Of a stretch of DNA of 63,132 nt, positions 54,136-62,152 are shown piece after piece. The notes under the pieces are model-generated. The model worked only from the letters and a program-made list of their open reading frames with translations. It made no database searches and was not told the DNA's origin. Location of the stretch: contig DAIRVP010000004.1 in NCBI GenBank assembly GCA_036802765.1, positions 1 to 63,132 on the forward strand, read 5' to 3'. The stretch comes from Candidatus Rokuibacteriota bacterium (GTDB lineage Bacteria > Methylomirabilota > Methylomirabilia > Rokubacteriales > CSP1-6). Position 1 is the stretch's first letter, and each line of letters opens with the position of its first letter. A program made the position numbers and the translations under genes.

Positions 54136-54336
54136 ATGGCGCGGTACAGCAGAGGCGCAGGCAAGTCGGTGAAGTCGGCGATGCGGCGCCGCAAGAGTGG
54201 GACGCTCAAAAGCGGGCGCAGCGGCAAGCGCGTAACCAGTCGCAAGCAGGCGATCGCGATCGGCCTGAACGAGGCGCGCAAGAAGGGCGCGAAAGTTCCG
54301 CGGCGCCGCCGCGGCGGCCGGCGCAAGCGTTCCTAG
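54136..54336 (+). CDS. Small highly basic protein, DUF6496-like
   Basis: SD GGAGG; GTLKSGRSGKRVTSRKQAIAIGLNEARKKG motif. Confidence 0.8.
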   Translation: MARYSRGAGKSVKSAMRRRKSGTLKSGRSGKRVTSRKQAIAIGLNEARKKGAKVPRRRRGGRRKRS

Positions 54337-55088
54337 CGATACGCCTCGGGCGCTTGCTTCACCGTCTTCCAGAAGGCGGGGTCGTGGCTCGGAAAGATCC
54401 GTCCGCCGGTGAGGCGGGCGATCGTCTTGAGCTTCTTGATCGAGTGCAGCGCGCGTGTCGGGTCCCACACGACGCCCGGCACCCGTTCCTGGTCGATGTG
54501 CTCCTGCCAATAACAGGAGTCGCCGGCCAGGACGACGGGCCCGCTTTCCGGCAGGTGGACGAGCAGCGACTGGTGCCCGGGTGTGTGTCCGTCGCTGCGC
54601 AGGACGGTCACGCCCGGCACCAGCTCCGTGTCGCCTTCGAGGAGGCGCCACTTGTACGTCGGAAGGTCGAAGTTCTTGCGGTAATAGAACGGCGCAAAAA
54701 AGGCCGCGGGGTAGTGGGCGTACGCGTATTCGTCCTTCTGCACGACGAGCTCCGAGCTCGGGAACAGCGCCGCGCCGCCCGCATGATCGTAGTGCAGGTG
54801 CGAGATCACGACCAGGTCGACGTTGCTCGGCTGCAGGTCCAGGCCGTCGAGGCGGTGCACCAGGAGATCCTCGTCGGTGAAGCGGGCGAGCGAATCGTTA
54901 CGCAGCAGGCCGGGCACGGCGCGTGGCGCTACGCCGGTGTCGAACAGGATGACCGCGTCCGAGGTGCGCACGAGATAGCAGGTGATCGGAATCTGCGTGC
55001 GCGCTTCGGAGTACTCGCCATAGAACAGCAGCGAGCGCTGCGCGCCCATGAAGCCATTCTGCAGCGCATAGAGCCCCTTGACCGCCAT
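54333..55088 (-). CDS. Metallo-beta-lactamase fold hydrolase, AHL-lactonase family
   Basis: HLHYDHAGG (HxHxDH), GHTPGHQS, LAGD, SHD motifs. Confidence 0.88.
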   Translation of the reverse strand: MAVKGLYALQNGFMGAQRSLLFYGEYSEARTQIPITCYLVRTSDAVILFDTGVAPRAVPGLLRNDSLARFTDEDLLVHRLDGLDLQPSNVDLVVISHLHYDHAGGAALFPSSELVVQKDEYAYAHYPAAFFAPFYYRKNFDLPTYKWRLLEGDTELVPGVTVLRSDGHTPGHQSLLVHLPESGPVVLAGDSCYWQEHIDQERVPGVVWDPTRALHSIKKLKTIARLTGGRIFPSHDPAFWKTVKQAPEAYR

Positions 55089-55175
55089 TGCCGCGCGATT
55101 CTACACCCGCGCGCGGCGGCGACCACGCCGGAGGACGCGGCCCCGCGCGCTCGGCGCCTGCGTTAGAATCCGCCC

Positions 55176-56339
55176 ATGGACTTTGCCTTCACCGAGCAGC
55201 AGGAGATGATTCGCAAGGAAGTTGCTACGCTGGCGCGCTCGTTCTCGCTCGACTACTGGCTCGAGCGGGATCGCAAGCACGAATACCCCTGGGAATTCGT
55301 CAAGGCCTTCGCGCGGGCCGGCTGGCTCGGCGCGATCATCCCGGAGGAATACGGCGGATCGGGTCTCGGCGTGACGGAGGCGGCGATCCTGCTGCACGAA
55401 ATCTGCGCGGCCGGGGCAGGGACCAGCGGCGCCTCGCCGATTCACTTCTACATGTTTCCGCCGATGCCGGTGATCAAGCATGGCGCCGAGTCTCTCAAGC
55501 GGAAATACCTGCCGAAGATGGCGACCGGTGAGATCGTCATGTCCTTCGGAGTCACTGAGCCCAACGTCGGCACCGACACGTCGCGGATCCAGACGCGGGC
55601 CGTCAAGCAGGGCGATCGGTTCGTCGTCAACGGCCGCAAGGTCTGGAACACGAACGCGAAGAACGCCACGCACATTCTGTTGCTCGCTCGCACCGGCGAG
55701 CGCGATCCGAAGAAGCCGCTAAGAAACCTCACCCTGTTCTTTACGGAATTCGATCGTCAGCGGATCACCGTGCAGGAGATCGAGAAGCTCGGGCGCGCGG
55801 CCGTGGACAGCAACGAGATTTTCATCGACGGCCTCGAGATTCCCGAGGAGAACGTGGTCGGTGAGGTGGACAGCGGGTTCTATCACATCCTCGACTCGCT
55901 CAATCCCGAGCGGGTGATGACCGGAATCGAGGCGGTCGGCATCGGGCGCGCTGCGCTCAACCGCGCGGTGGAGTACGCCAAGCAGCGTGTCGTCTTCGAT
56001 CGGCCGATCGGCCAGAACCAGGCGATCGCGCATCCGCTCGCCATGGCGTGGGCAAAGCTCGAAGCGGCCGAGGCTATGTGCCTCAAGGCGGCGTGGCTCT
56101 TCGACCATGGCCAGCCGTGCGGCGCCGAATCCAACGCCGCCAAGCTCCTCGGCGCCGAGGCGGGCTTCGAGGCGTGCGACGCCGCGCTGCAGACGCACGG
56201 CGGCTATGGCTATGCGAAGGAGTTCTATGTTGAGCGGCTGTGGCGCGAGGTTCGGCTCTACAAGATCGCGCCCGTCTCGCAGCAGATGGTGCTCAACCAT
56301 CTGGCCGAGCACGTGCTGGGACTTCCGAAGAGCTACTAG
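55176..56339 (+). CDS. Acyl-CoA dehydrogenase family protein
   Basis: FGVTEPNVGTD, NGRKVW, LNPER, RVVFDRPIG.NQ, HGGYGY motifs. Confidence 0.93.
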   Translation: MDFAFTEQQEMIRKEVATLARSFSLDYWLERDRKHEYPWEFVKAFARAGWLGAIIPEEYGGSGLGVTEAAILLHEICAAGAGTSGASPIHFYMFPPMPVIKHGAESLKRKYLPKMATGEIVMSFGVTEPNVGTDTSRIQTRAVKQGDRFVVNGRKVWNTNAKNATHILLLARTGERDPKKPLRNLTLFFTEFDRQRITVQEIEKLGRAAVDSNEIFIDGLEIPEENVVGEVDSGFYHILDSLNPERVMTGIEAVGIGRAALNRAVEYAKQRVVFDRPIGQNQAIAHPLAMAWAKLEAAEAMCLKAAWLFDHGQPCGAESNAAKLLGAEAGFEACDAALQTHGGYGYAKEFYVERLWREVRLYKIAPVSQQMVLNHLAEHVLGLPKSY

Positions 56340-57940
56340 CGGCGGCCCTTGACCAGCCAGTCGATGATGGCGGCGCCGTCCCCATCTGTTGCGGACTGAT
56401 CGCCTGAGGCCGGCAGTCGCGGCGTCGCCGGCGCGCGAGCCTCGCTCGGACGACGCGCACCGGCGGCGGTCAGATCCTCGGGTCGCTTCGGCTCATCGGC
56501 GCGCTTCGGCGTCGACAATTCGGCCGCTTTCGGCACATCGACGCGCTTCGGCGGCGCGGTGGGCTCGATGGCCTTGCCCACGTCGACATGTTTCGGCGCT
56601 GCAGCTTCGCTCGGCACACTCGGTGCGGGGCGCCGGGGTTCCGGCAACGGAGGCGTCTCGACGCGTGCGGTCGGCGCGGGCGGCTCGACACGTGGAGGCG
56701 CGGGGGTGTGCGCTTCCGCCGGAGGAGCCGGTTGCGCCGGCACGAGCGCCGGTCCCGCGGGCAGCGTCGACGGCGACGGAAGCGCCGGTTGTCGCTCGAC
56801 CGGCGCGGCCGTGAACGCGGGCGCGGGAACACGGAAGCGAAGGTTCGGAAGTCCATGCGATGCCGTGACCCACACGACCGCGGCCAGGGCCATCCCACCG
56901 ACGCCGATACCCGCCATGCTAAGCTCGCGGCGGCCCACGCGTGGCCATTGGACGCGTGGCAATCGCACGTGTGGCAATCGCACGTGTGGCAATTGCACGC
57001 GTGGCAATTGCACGCGTGGCAGGCGGATGCGCGGCCATTCGACCTGGGGCAGTGTCGCGCGCTGCGCGACGCGCGGCCGCGGCTTCGGCGCTTCGAACTC
57101 GGTTTGCGCGCCCCACATGTCGTTGAGCATGAGCGTGATGTCCGAATAGCGCTCCTCGGGTCGCTCGTGCAGCGCGCTCGCGATGATGTTCTCGATCGTT
57201 GCCGGCACCACTGGTGAGTACGGCCGCGGGGAACGGCTCTCGCGTGAGGGCTCGGCCGTCAGCAGGTCGTGCAGCAGCCGGCCGAGGGCGTGCACGTCCG
57301 CAGCCTCCGTCGTCTGCGCACGCTCGATTTGCTCGGGGGCGAGGTGGGCCAGCAGCGTCGGGTCGCGCCGGCGCACGCCGATGGCCGTGCGATGCCCGGC
57401 CATGAGCTCGACGCCGACCAGCTTCGCCTGCTCGCTGACGCCTTCGCCTCTGACGAGGATGACTGACTCTGGCCGCAGCTCCCCGTGAATGACCCCTCGG
57501 TGATGCAGGACCTCCAGGGCCTCGCCGACCTGGATCGCGATGCGCAACGCGTTGTAGGGATCGAGTGGTCCGCGCGCGTCGAGAACTTCGCGGAGCGTGC
57601 GGCCCACGACGCGCTCCACCGCGACGAACAGCACACCGGCGTCGGTGACGCCGGTGTCGTACACGCGCGCGATGGCCCGATGCGCGCACGCGGGGCTCGC
57701 GAGCTTGCGGGCTTGCTCCCACACGGCGGCGACGAAGTCGGCGTCGGCGGCGACCTCGTCACGGAGAATTTCGAGCGCCACCTGGCGGTCGGCGGAGGTG
57801 TCGTCCGCCGCATAGACGACGACATCACGGCTCACCGCCATGACCGCGCCGAGGCGATACCGCTCGTCGACGATCGATGCGGCGAGGCCCATGCTGCGCT
57901 CGGAACTCAGCGCAACCGGAGACGATTCCGGGTCGACCAA
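56336..57940 (-). CDS. Membrane-anchored Hanks-type pseudokinase with a Pro-rich C-terminal region
   Basis: PknB-like framework (RYRL..., HRAIARVYDTG, LAPEQ, ADVHALG) with catalytic motifs replaced (VALE, HGELRPES, GVE). One TM helix. Start is TTG 57940 or ATG 57892. Confidence 0.8.
   Translation of the reverse strand: MVDPESSPVALSSERSMGLAASIVDERYRLGAVMAVSRDVVVYAADDTSADRQVALEILRDEVAADADFVAAVWEQARKLASPACAHRAIARVYDTGVTDAGVLFVAVERVVGRTLREVLDARGPLDPYNALRIAIQVGEALEVLHHRGVIHGELRPESVILVRGEGVSEQAKLVGVELMAGHRTAIGVRRRDPTLLAHLAPEQIERAQTTEAADVHALGRLLHDLLTAEPSRESRSPRPYSPVVPATIENIIASALHERPEERYSDITLMLNDMWGAQTEFEAPKPRPRVAQRATLPQVEWPRIRLPRVQLPRVQLPHVRLPHVRLPRVQWPRVGRRELSMAGIGVGGMALAAVVWVTASHGLPNLRFRVPAPAFTAAPVERQPALPSPSTLPAGPALVPAQPAPPAEAHTPAPPRVEPPAPTARVETPPLPEPRRPAPSVPSEAAAPKHVDVGKAIEPTAPPKRVDVPKAAELSTPKRADEPKRPEDLTAAGARRPSEARAPATPRLPASGDQSATDGDGAAIIDWLVKGRR
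56941..57045 (-). repeat. Seven 15-nt tandem units encoding P(R/H)(V/I)(Q/R/E)(L/W)-type pentapeptides
   Basis: gtggcaat(t/c)gcacg(c/t)-type units start at 56941, 56956, 56971, 56986, 57001, 57016 and 57031; the flanking units are more degenerate. Confidence 0.88.
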
Positions 57941-57950
57941 TGCCCTACCG

Positions 57951-58940
57951 CTAATCCCGGAGGATTTTCCTGATGGCGTCCTGGACCGGATTTGCCGACG
58001 GCGGCGGCGCGGACGTTTGCGCCGGCGTCGAGGTTGCGAGGTACTTACGCACGCAGTCGTATTGCTCCCAACCCTTGAGCGGGTAGTCGAGCTTCACCGA
58101 CTTCCACTTCGGGTGCCCGTTGTCGGCGAGCCAGCCCACGTTCGAGGACAGGATCTTGGCGAATCGGCCGACGTTGTCACAGTCGAGACGGCGGAAATCG
58201 AAGGACACCAGCACCGACTTGACGGCCACCGTCGACAGCGGCTTGCTCTGCCAGCGGTACGTGTTGGCCGGAATCTCGACGGTCGGATAGAACTCGGTGA
58301 TGCTCTTGTTCGTCACGGTGACGAGCGACAGGTTGTCGGTGTCGTTGACGGACTCGGCGAACAGCTTCACCGGCGCGCCAGCGACGTAGAACATCGCGTC
58401 GATCTGGCCCGCCTTCAGCGCTGCCAGCGCCTCGTCCGTGTCGATGTTCACCATCTGCTTCGGCTCGAGTTCGGCGACCTTGAACATCAGGCGCGCGGTC
58501 AGATACGTGCCGCTGCCCTCGCGGCCGATGGCGACACGCTTGCCCGCCAGATCGTCGAAGTCGGCGATGTTGCGGCCGAGGATGTGGACTTCCTCGTTGT
58601 AGAGCGGAAAGACCATCCGGATCTTTTTGGCGATGCGCTGCAGCACCGGATCGGTCTCGACGCGTGCCACGAATGCGAGCACGTCGGACTGCACGATTCC
58701 GAGCTGCGTGTTCGGGCGCTGGTAGACGGCAAAGACGTTCTCAACCGAGCCTCTCGACGTCGCGACGTTGAGATTGATGCCATGCGGCTTTACGAGCCGT
58801 TGAAGGTTCAGCCCGAATTGGTAGTACGTCCCCTTCTCGCCACCGGTGACGATCCCCATGTCCACGGCCAGTGCCGGCCCTGCCGCCACGGCCACGAGCA
58901 CGAGGCTCGCGACGAACCCGATGCAACTGCGACTTCTCAT
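57951..58940 (-). CDS. TAXI-family TRAP solute-binding protein
   Basis: Signal peptide, TGGEKGTYY, SRGSVEN, QLGIVQSDV, LYNEEVH, KRVAIGREGSGT motifs. Confidence 0.9.
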   Translation of the reverse strand: MRSRSCIGFVASLVLVAVAAGPALAVDMGIVTGGEKGTYYQFGLNLQRLVKPHGINLNVATSRGSVENVFAVYQRPNTQLGIVQSDVLAFVARVETDPVLQRIAKKIRMVFPLYNEEVHILGRNIADFDDLAGKRVAIGREGSGTYLTARLMFKVAELEPKQMVNIDTDEALAALKAGQIDAMFYVAGAPVKLFAESVNDTDNLSLVTVTNKSITEFYPTVEIPANTYRWQSKPLSTVAVKSVLVSFDFRRLDCDNVGRFAKILSSNVGWLADNGHPKWKSVKLDYPLKGWEQYDCVRKYLATSTPAQTSAPPPSANPVQDAIRKILRD

Positions 58941-59032
58941 GCGTCCCTCCACAGCCACAGCCTCCACACTTGGACCCCGACGGACGGAGAGCAGCATGGA
59001 ATCATCTTTTGACAGTCCACGTCAAGGCAAGA

Positions 59033-60178
59033 CTAGCGCCCGACGCCGGCCGTCTCGTCGACCTCCGCATCCTCACGGAAGAATGGTATGACCTCTTCGG
59101 AGAACAACTGCATCATCTCTAAAGTGGCTTCGTGGCTGCCTCCGTTCATCCCCGAGCAGACGATGCCGGCCTTGAGCTCGTCCGAGAATACACGGAGCTT
59201 GTCGCGCACGGTGGCGGGACTTCCGTACACGATGTAGCCCTCCCGGTCGGCGTGCTCGAAGGTCAGCTCGCTCGGCAGCGGCGGGGGGCTCGCGAGGATC
59301 CGCCGCAGCGACGCTTCGGTCATGTACCCCGGCGGCCGCCAGAACGGCGGGTGCATGCGCAGGCCTGTGTTGAAGACCCACATCGTGTGCTTCCTGGCGA
59401 TCGCCTCCGCCTTGGCGTCACTTTCGGCCACGACGATCGGCACGTTGACGGTCAGCTGATAGCGGCTCGCGGTATAGCCGTGCCGCTCGCAGGCCTCACG
59501 GTACTCGCCGTAGATCTGCGCGATCCGCTTGATCGGGGTGAAGACCATCAGGTAGGGAAAGCGACGCTTCGACGCCCACTCTACCGTCTCACTGCTGCCC
59601 TGTGACGGGCACCACACGGGGGGGTGCGGCGTCTGGATCGGACGCGGCCAGGGGTTGACGTAGTGGTAGCGATAGTACTTGCCGTCGAACGCGAAAGGCC
59701 CGGGCTCCGTCCAGGCGCGCAGGATCAGCTCGGCCGCCTCGTAAAAGCGCTCGCGCGAATGCGTCGGATTCACGCCGGTCGAGAAGTACTCCGCGCTGAT
59801 GCCGCGTACGAAGCCCGAGATCACGCGCCCGCCGGAGGCGACGTCGAGCATCGCGATCTCCTCCGCGATGCGAAGCGGGTTCTCGCGGAGCGGCAGGCCA
59901 TTGCCGAGGATCGCGATCTTCGCGCGCGACGTGCGGCGCACGAGCATCGCCGCCATCACGTTCGGGCTCGGCATCGTGCCGTAGCAGTTCTGATGGTGCT
60001 CGTTCACGCAGATACCGTCCCAGCCGAGCGCCTCCGCGTACTCGAGTTGATCGAGGTACTGGTTGTAGAGTGTGTGTCCCTGAGCGGGATCGTAAAACCG
60101 ATTGGAGAGCGTGACCCACGACGACGGCTCGTCGTGCTCGATCACGTACGGCATCAAATGAAAATAGTAAAACTTCAT
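59033..60178 (-). CDS. LLM-class flavin-dependent oxidoreductase
   Basis: MKFYYFHLMPY, VNEHHQ, PLRIAEEIAMLD, GRVISGFVRG, PRPIQTPHPP motifs. Confidence 0.9.
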   Translation of the reverse strand: MKFYYFHLMPYVIEHDEPSSWVTLSNRFYDPAQGHTLYNQYLDQLEYAEALGWDGICVNEHHQNCYGTMPSPNVMAAMLVRRTSRAKIAILGNGLPLRENPLRIAEEIAMLDVASGGRVISGFVRGISAEYFSTGVNPTHSRERFYEAAELILRAWTEPGPFAFDGKYYRYHYVNPWPRPIQTPHPPVWCPSQGSSETVEWASKRRFPYLMVFTPIKRIAQIYGEYREACERHGYTASRYQLTVNVPIVVAESDAKAEAIARKHTMWVFNTGLRMHPPFWRPPGYMTEASLRRILASPPPLPSELTFEHADREGYIVYGSPATVRDKLRVFSDELKAGIVCSGMNGGSHEATLEMMQLFSEEVIPFFREDAEVDETAGVGR

Positions 60179-60207
60179 GTCAGCAACGCGAGTGCCAGCG
60201 ATTCCAT
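60175..60207 (-). CDS. Putative 10-aa upstream ORF MESLALALLT
   Basis: AGGAGG lies 8 nt before ATG 60207; its TGA overlaps the LLM ATG (ACATGA). Confidence 0.4.
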   Translation of the reverse strand: MESLALALLT

Positions 60208-60325
60208 ACCCATTGCCTCCTAAATGGGAAAGGTTTTGCTGTGGGACGCGAACGGCACGCACACGATTTCGGCAGGATTCGTCGCATCGCGATTGGCACG
60301 AAATCGGCTCGCATCCACACGCTTC

Positions 60326-60517
60326 ATGGACAAGAGCGAGCCTCTCTGCGCCGTGTGCGGTTTTCCGATCGCCTTTCGCGAATTCCGAACCGAATGCGCC
60401 GGTCACAGCATCCATATTCGGTGCTGGCCTGTCGATCCGGCGCCGGTGCAACGGAGCGCGTCGAGAACGAGCACAGGGGCGCGTGGCGCGGCCGCGAACG
60501 GCGGGCACGCCACATGA
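60326..60517 (+). CDS. Putative small zinc-finger protein (C-x2-C-x18-H-x2-C), 63 aa
   Basis: CAVC...HIRC motif and GC-rich third codon positions; fills an otherwise empty intergenic gap. Confidence 0.45.
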   Translation: MDKSEPLCAVCGFPIAFREFRTECAGHSIHIRCWPVDPAPVQRSASRTSTGARGAAANGGHAT

Positions 60518-60526
60518 TCGCGGGGC

Positions 60527-61315
60527 TCATCGACGCTCCGCCGCGCGGCAGAACTCGACCACGGATCGGGCGACCGCCTCGGGCTCCTCGAGGTGCGGAA
60601 GGTGGCCCGAGTCATCGAAGACGCGGAGCGTCGCGCCCGGAATCTCCTTGACCCACGTGTGACCGCACGGGTTCAGCGGCGCGAGCCGGTCGTGTGCGCC
60701 CCAGCACAGCAGCGTCGGCGTTGTGATGCGTGCGAGCCGACGACGCAGCAACGGATCGTAGAGATACGGGTTCCACGCCACGCGGGCCAGGGCCGCGCCC
60801 TGCCGGTATTGGAGCGCCAGCGTCTCCACCGATTGATCGGGCGGCGCCAGGGCCAGCGCGGCCATCGGATCGTGGAACACCGTCGCTACGACCTCGGGAA
60901 CGTCCATCCCGAAGAGGAACGGGTAGATCCAGCCGTCGACCTTGATCCCGACCGGATCGATCAGCGTCAGCGAGATCATCCGATGTGACGCCATCGTGGC
61001 CAGCTCAGCGGCGATCCAGCCGCCGAACGAGGCGCCGACGACGTGGGTGTGATCCAGACCCTCGGCGTCGAGAAGGTCGAGGTAGTGAAACGCCAGGTCA
61101 CTGATGTGCTCGATCCACTCGGCCGCCGGTGAGCCGCCGTGGCCCGGATGGCTCGGCGAGAGCACCGTGAAGCCCTTCGCCAGCCGTTCCTGGAATTCGA
61201 GCCATCGCCCGCCGCCGCCGGCGCCATGCAGAAACAGCAGCGGCGGGCCCGCGCCGTCGCTGAGGATGTGCACGGGCGTGCCCCGGACCGACCGCTCCTG
61301 TCGTGTCGCCGCCAT
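60527..61315 (-). CDS. Alpha/beta hydrolase
   Basis: LLFLHGAGG, HPGHGGS, GASFG nucleophile, WGAHD, SGHLP motifs. Start ATG 61315 overlaps the SDR stop. Confidence 0.9.
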   Translation of the reverse strand: MAATRQERSVRGTPVHILSDGAGPPLLFLHGAGGGGRWLEFQERLAKGFTVLSPSHPGHGGSPAAEWIEHISDLAFHYLDLLDAEGLDHTHVVGASFGGWIAAELATMASHRMISLTLIDPVGIKVDGWIYPFLFGMDVPEVVATVFHDPMAALALAPPDQSVETLALQYRQGAALARVAWNPYLYDPLLRRRLARITTPTLLCWGAHDRLAPLNPCGHTWVKEIPGATLRVFDDSGHLPHLEEPEAVARSVVEFCRAAERR

Positions 61316-62136
61316 CAGCCGATGAAGAGACCGCCGTTCGGCGACAGCCACTGGCCCGTGACGAACGACGATTCGTCGGAGGCGAGGAACAAGGCTGCGG
61401 CCGCGATCTCGCTCGGCTCGCCCATCCGCCCCATCGGCGTGCGACCGAGGATCATCTTCTTGGCGAGCTCGGAGACGCCGGCGGTCATCGGGGTGTCGAT
61501 GTAGCCGGGGCAGATCGCGTTCACGCGGATGTTGCGGCTGGCGACCTCGCGCGCGACGGCGCGCGTGAACGAGAGAATCGCCCCCTTCGCGGCGCTGTAG
61601 TGCGGGACGGTCTCGAGGCCCATCAGCGCCGCCACGCTCGACAGGTTGACGATCGCGCCGGAGTTGCGCGGGCTCATCAACTTCAACGCCTCGCGCGTGC
61701 AGTAGAACGTACCATGCAGGTGCACCGCGATCACGTGGTGCCAGGCTTCGTCGCTCATCGACTGCGTCACGTCCCACTGCGTCTGCACGCCTTGGCCCGA
61801 CACCATCTCCATGATGCGCGCCTCCCCTTTGCGCATCATCGCGGCGCGATCCTCCCCCGGAGCCATGGCCACGCCGGCGTTGTTGACGAGCACGTCGAGC
61901 CGCCCGTGCTCGCGCTGCAGCGTCGCGAACATCGCACGCACCGCCGCGCTGTCGGCGACGTCGGCGGCGAGCGCGCGCCCGCCCGCGCCGAGCGCCTTGG
62001 CGGTTGCCTCCGCCGCTTCCTGTCGGATGTCGTTCACGACGACGCGCGCGCCGGCCTCGGCGAAGCGCTCGCAAATCGCCCGGCCGATACCCGAGCCACC
62101 GCCGGTGACGAGCGCGATCTTGCCCTCGAGCTTCAT
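61315..62136 (-). CDS. Short-chain dehydrogenase/reductase (FabG-like)
   Basis: TGGGSGIG, NNAG, SS, YSAAK, PGYIDT motifs. Confidence 0.93.
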   Translation of the reverse strand: MKLEGKIALVTGGGSGIGRAICERFAEAGARVVVNDIRQEAAEATAKALGAGGRALAADVADSAAVRAMFATLQREHGRLDVLVNNAGVAMAPGEDRAAMMRKGEARIMEMVSGQGVQTQWDVTQSMSDEAWHHVIAVHLHGTFYCTREALKLMSPRNSGAIVNLSSVAALMGLETVPHYSAAKGAILSFTRAVAREVASRNIRVNAICPGYIDTPMTAGVSELAKKMILGRTPMGRMGEPSEIAAAALFLASDESSFVTGQWLSPNGGLFIG

Positions 62137-62152
62137 GTCAGCCTCCGTGGTC

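Noticed and set aside
54333-55088. Quorum-quenching function
   Set aside because: Family membership is supported by HxHxDH, but AHL specificity cannot be read from the sequence.
13929-57045. CRISPR-like arrays at the two tandem repeats
   Set aside because: Both are in-frame coding repeats without unique spacers, and no cas genes are present.
56336-57940. Calling the kinase-like gene a pseudogene or an active Ser/Thr kinase
   Set aside because: The reading frame is intact with a TM helix and an ordered C-terminal motif, but the catalytic Lys, HRD Asp and DFG are all replaced.
60182-60197. Near-perfect sigma54 motif TGGCACTCGCGTTGCT (minus strand)
   Set aside because: The implied TSS (about 60171) falls inside the LLM coding sequence, after ATG 60178. 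It also lies within the putative uORF, so I treat it as coincidental.
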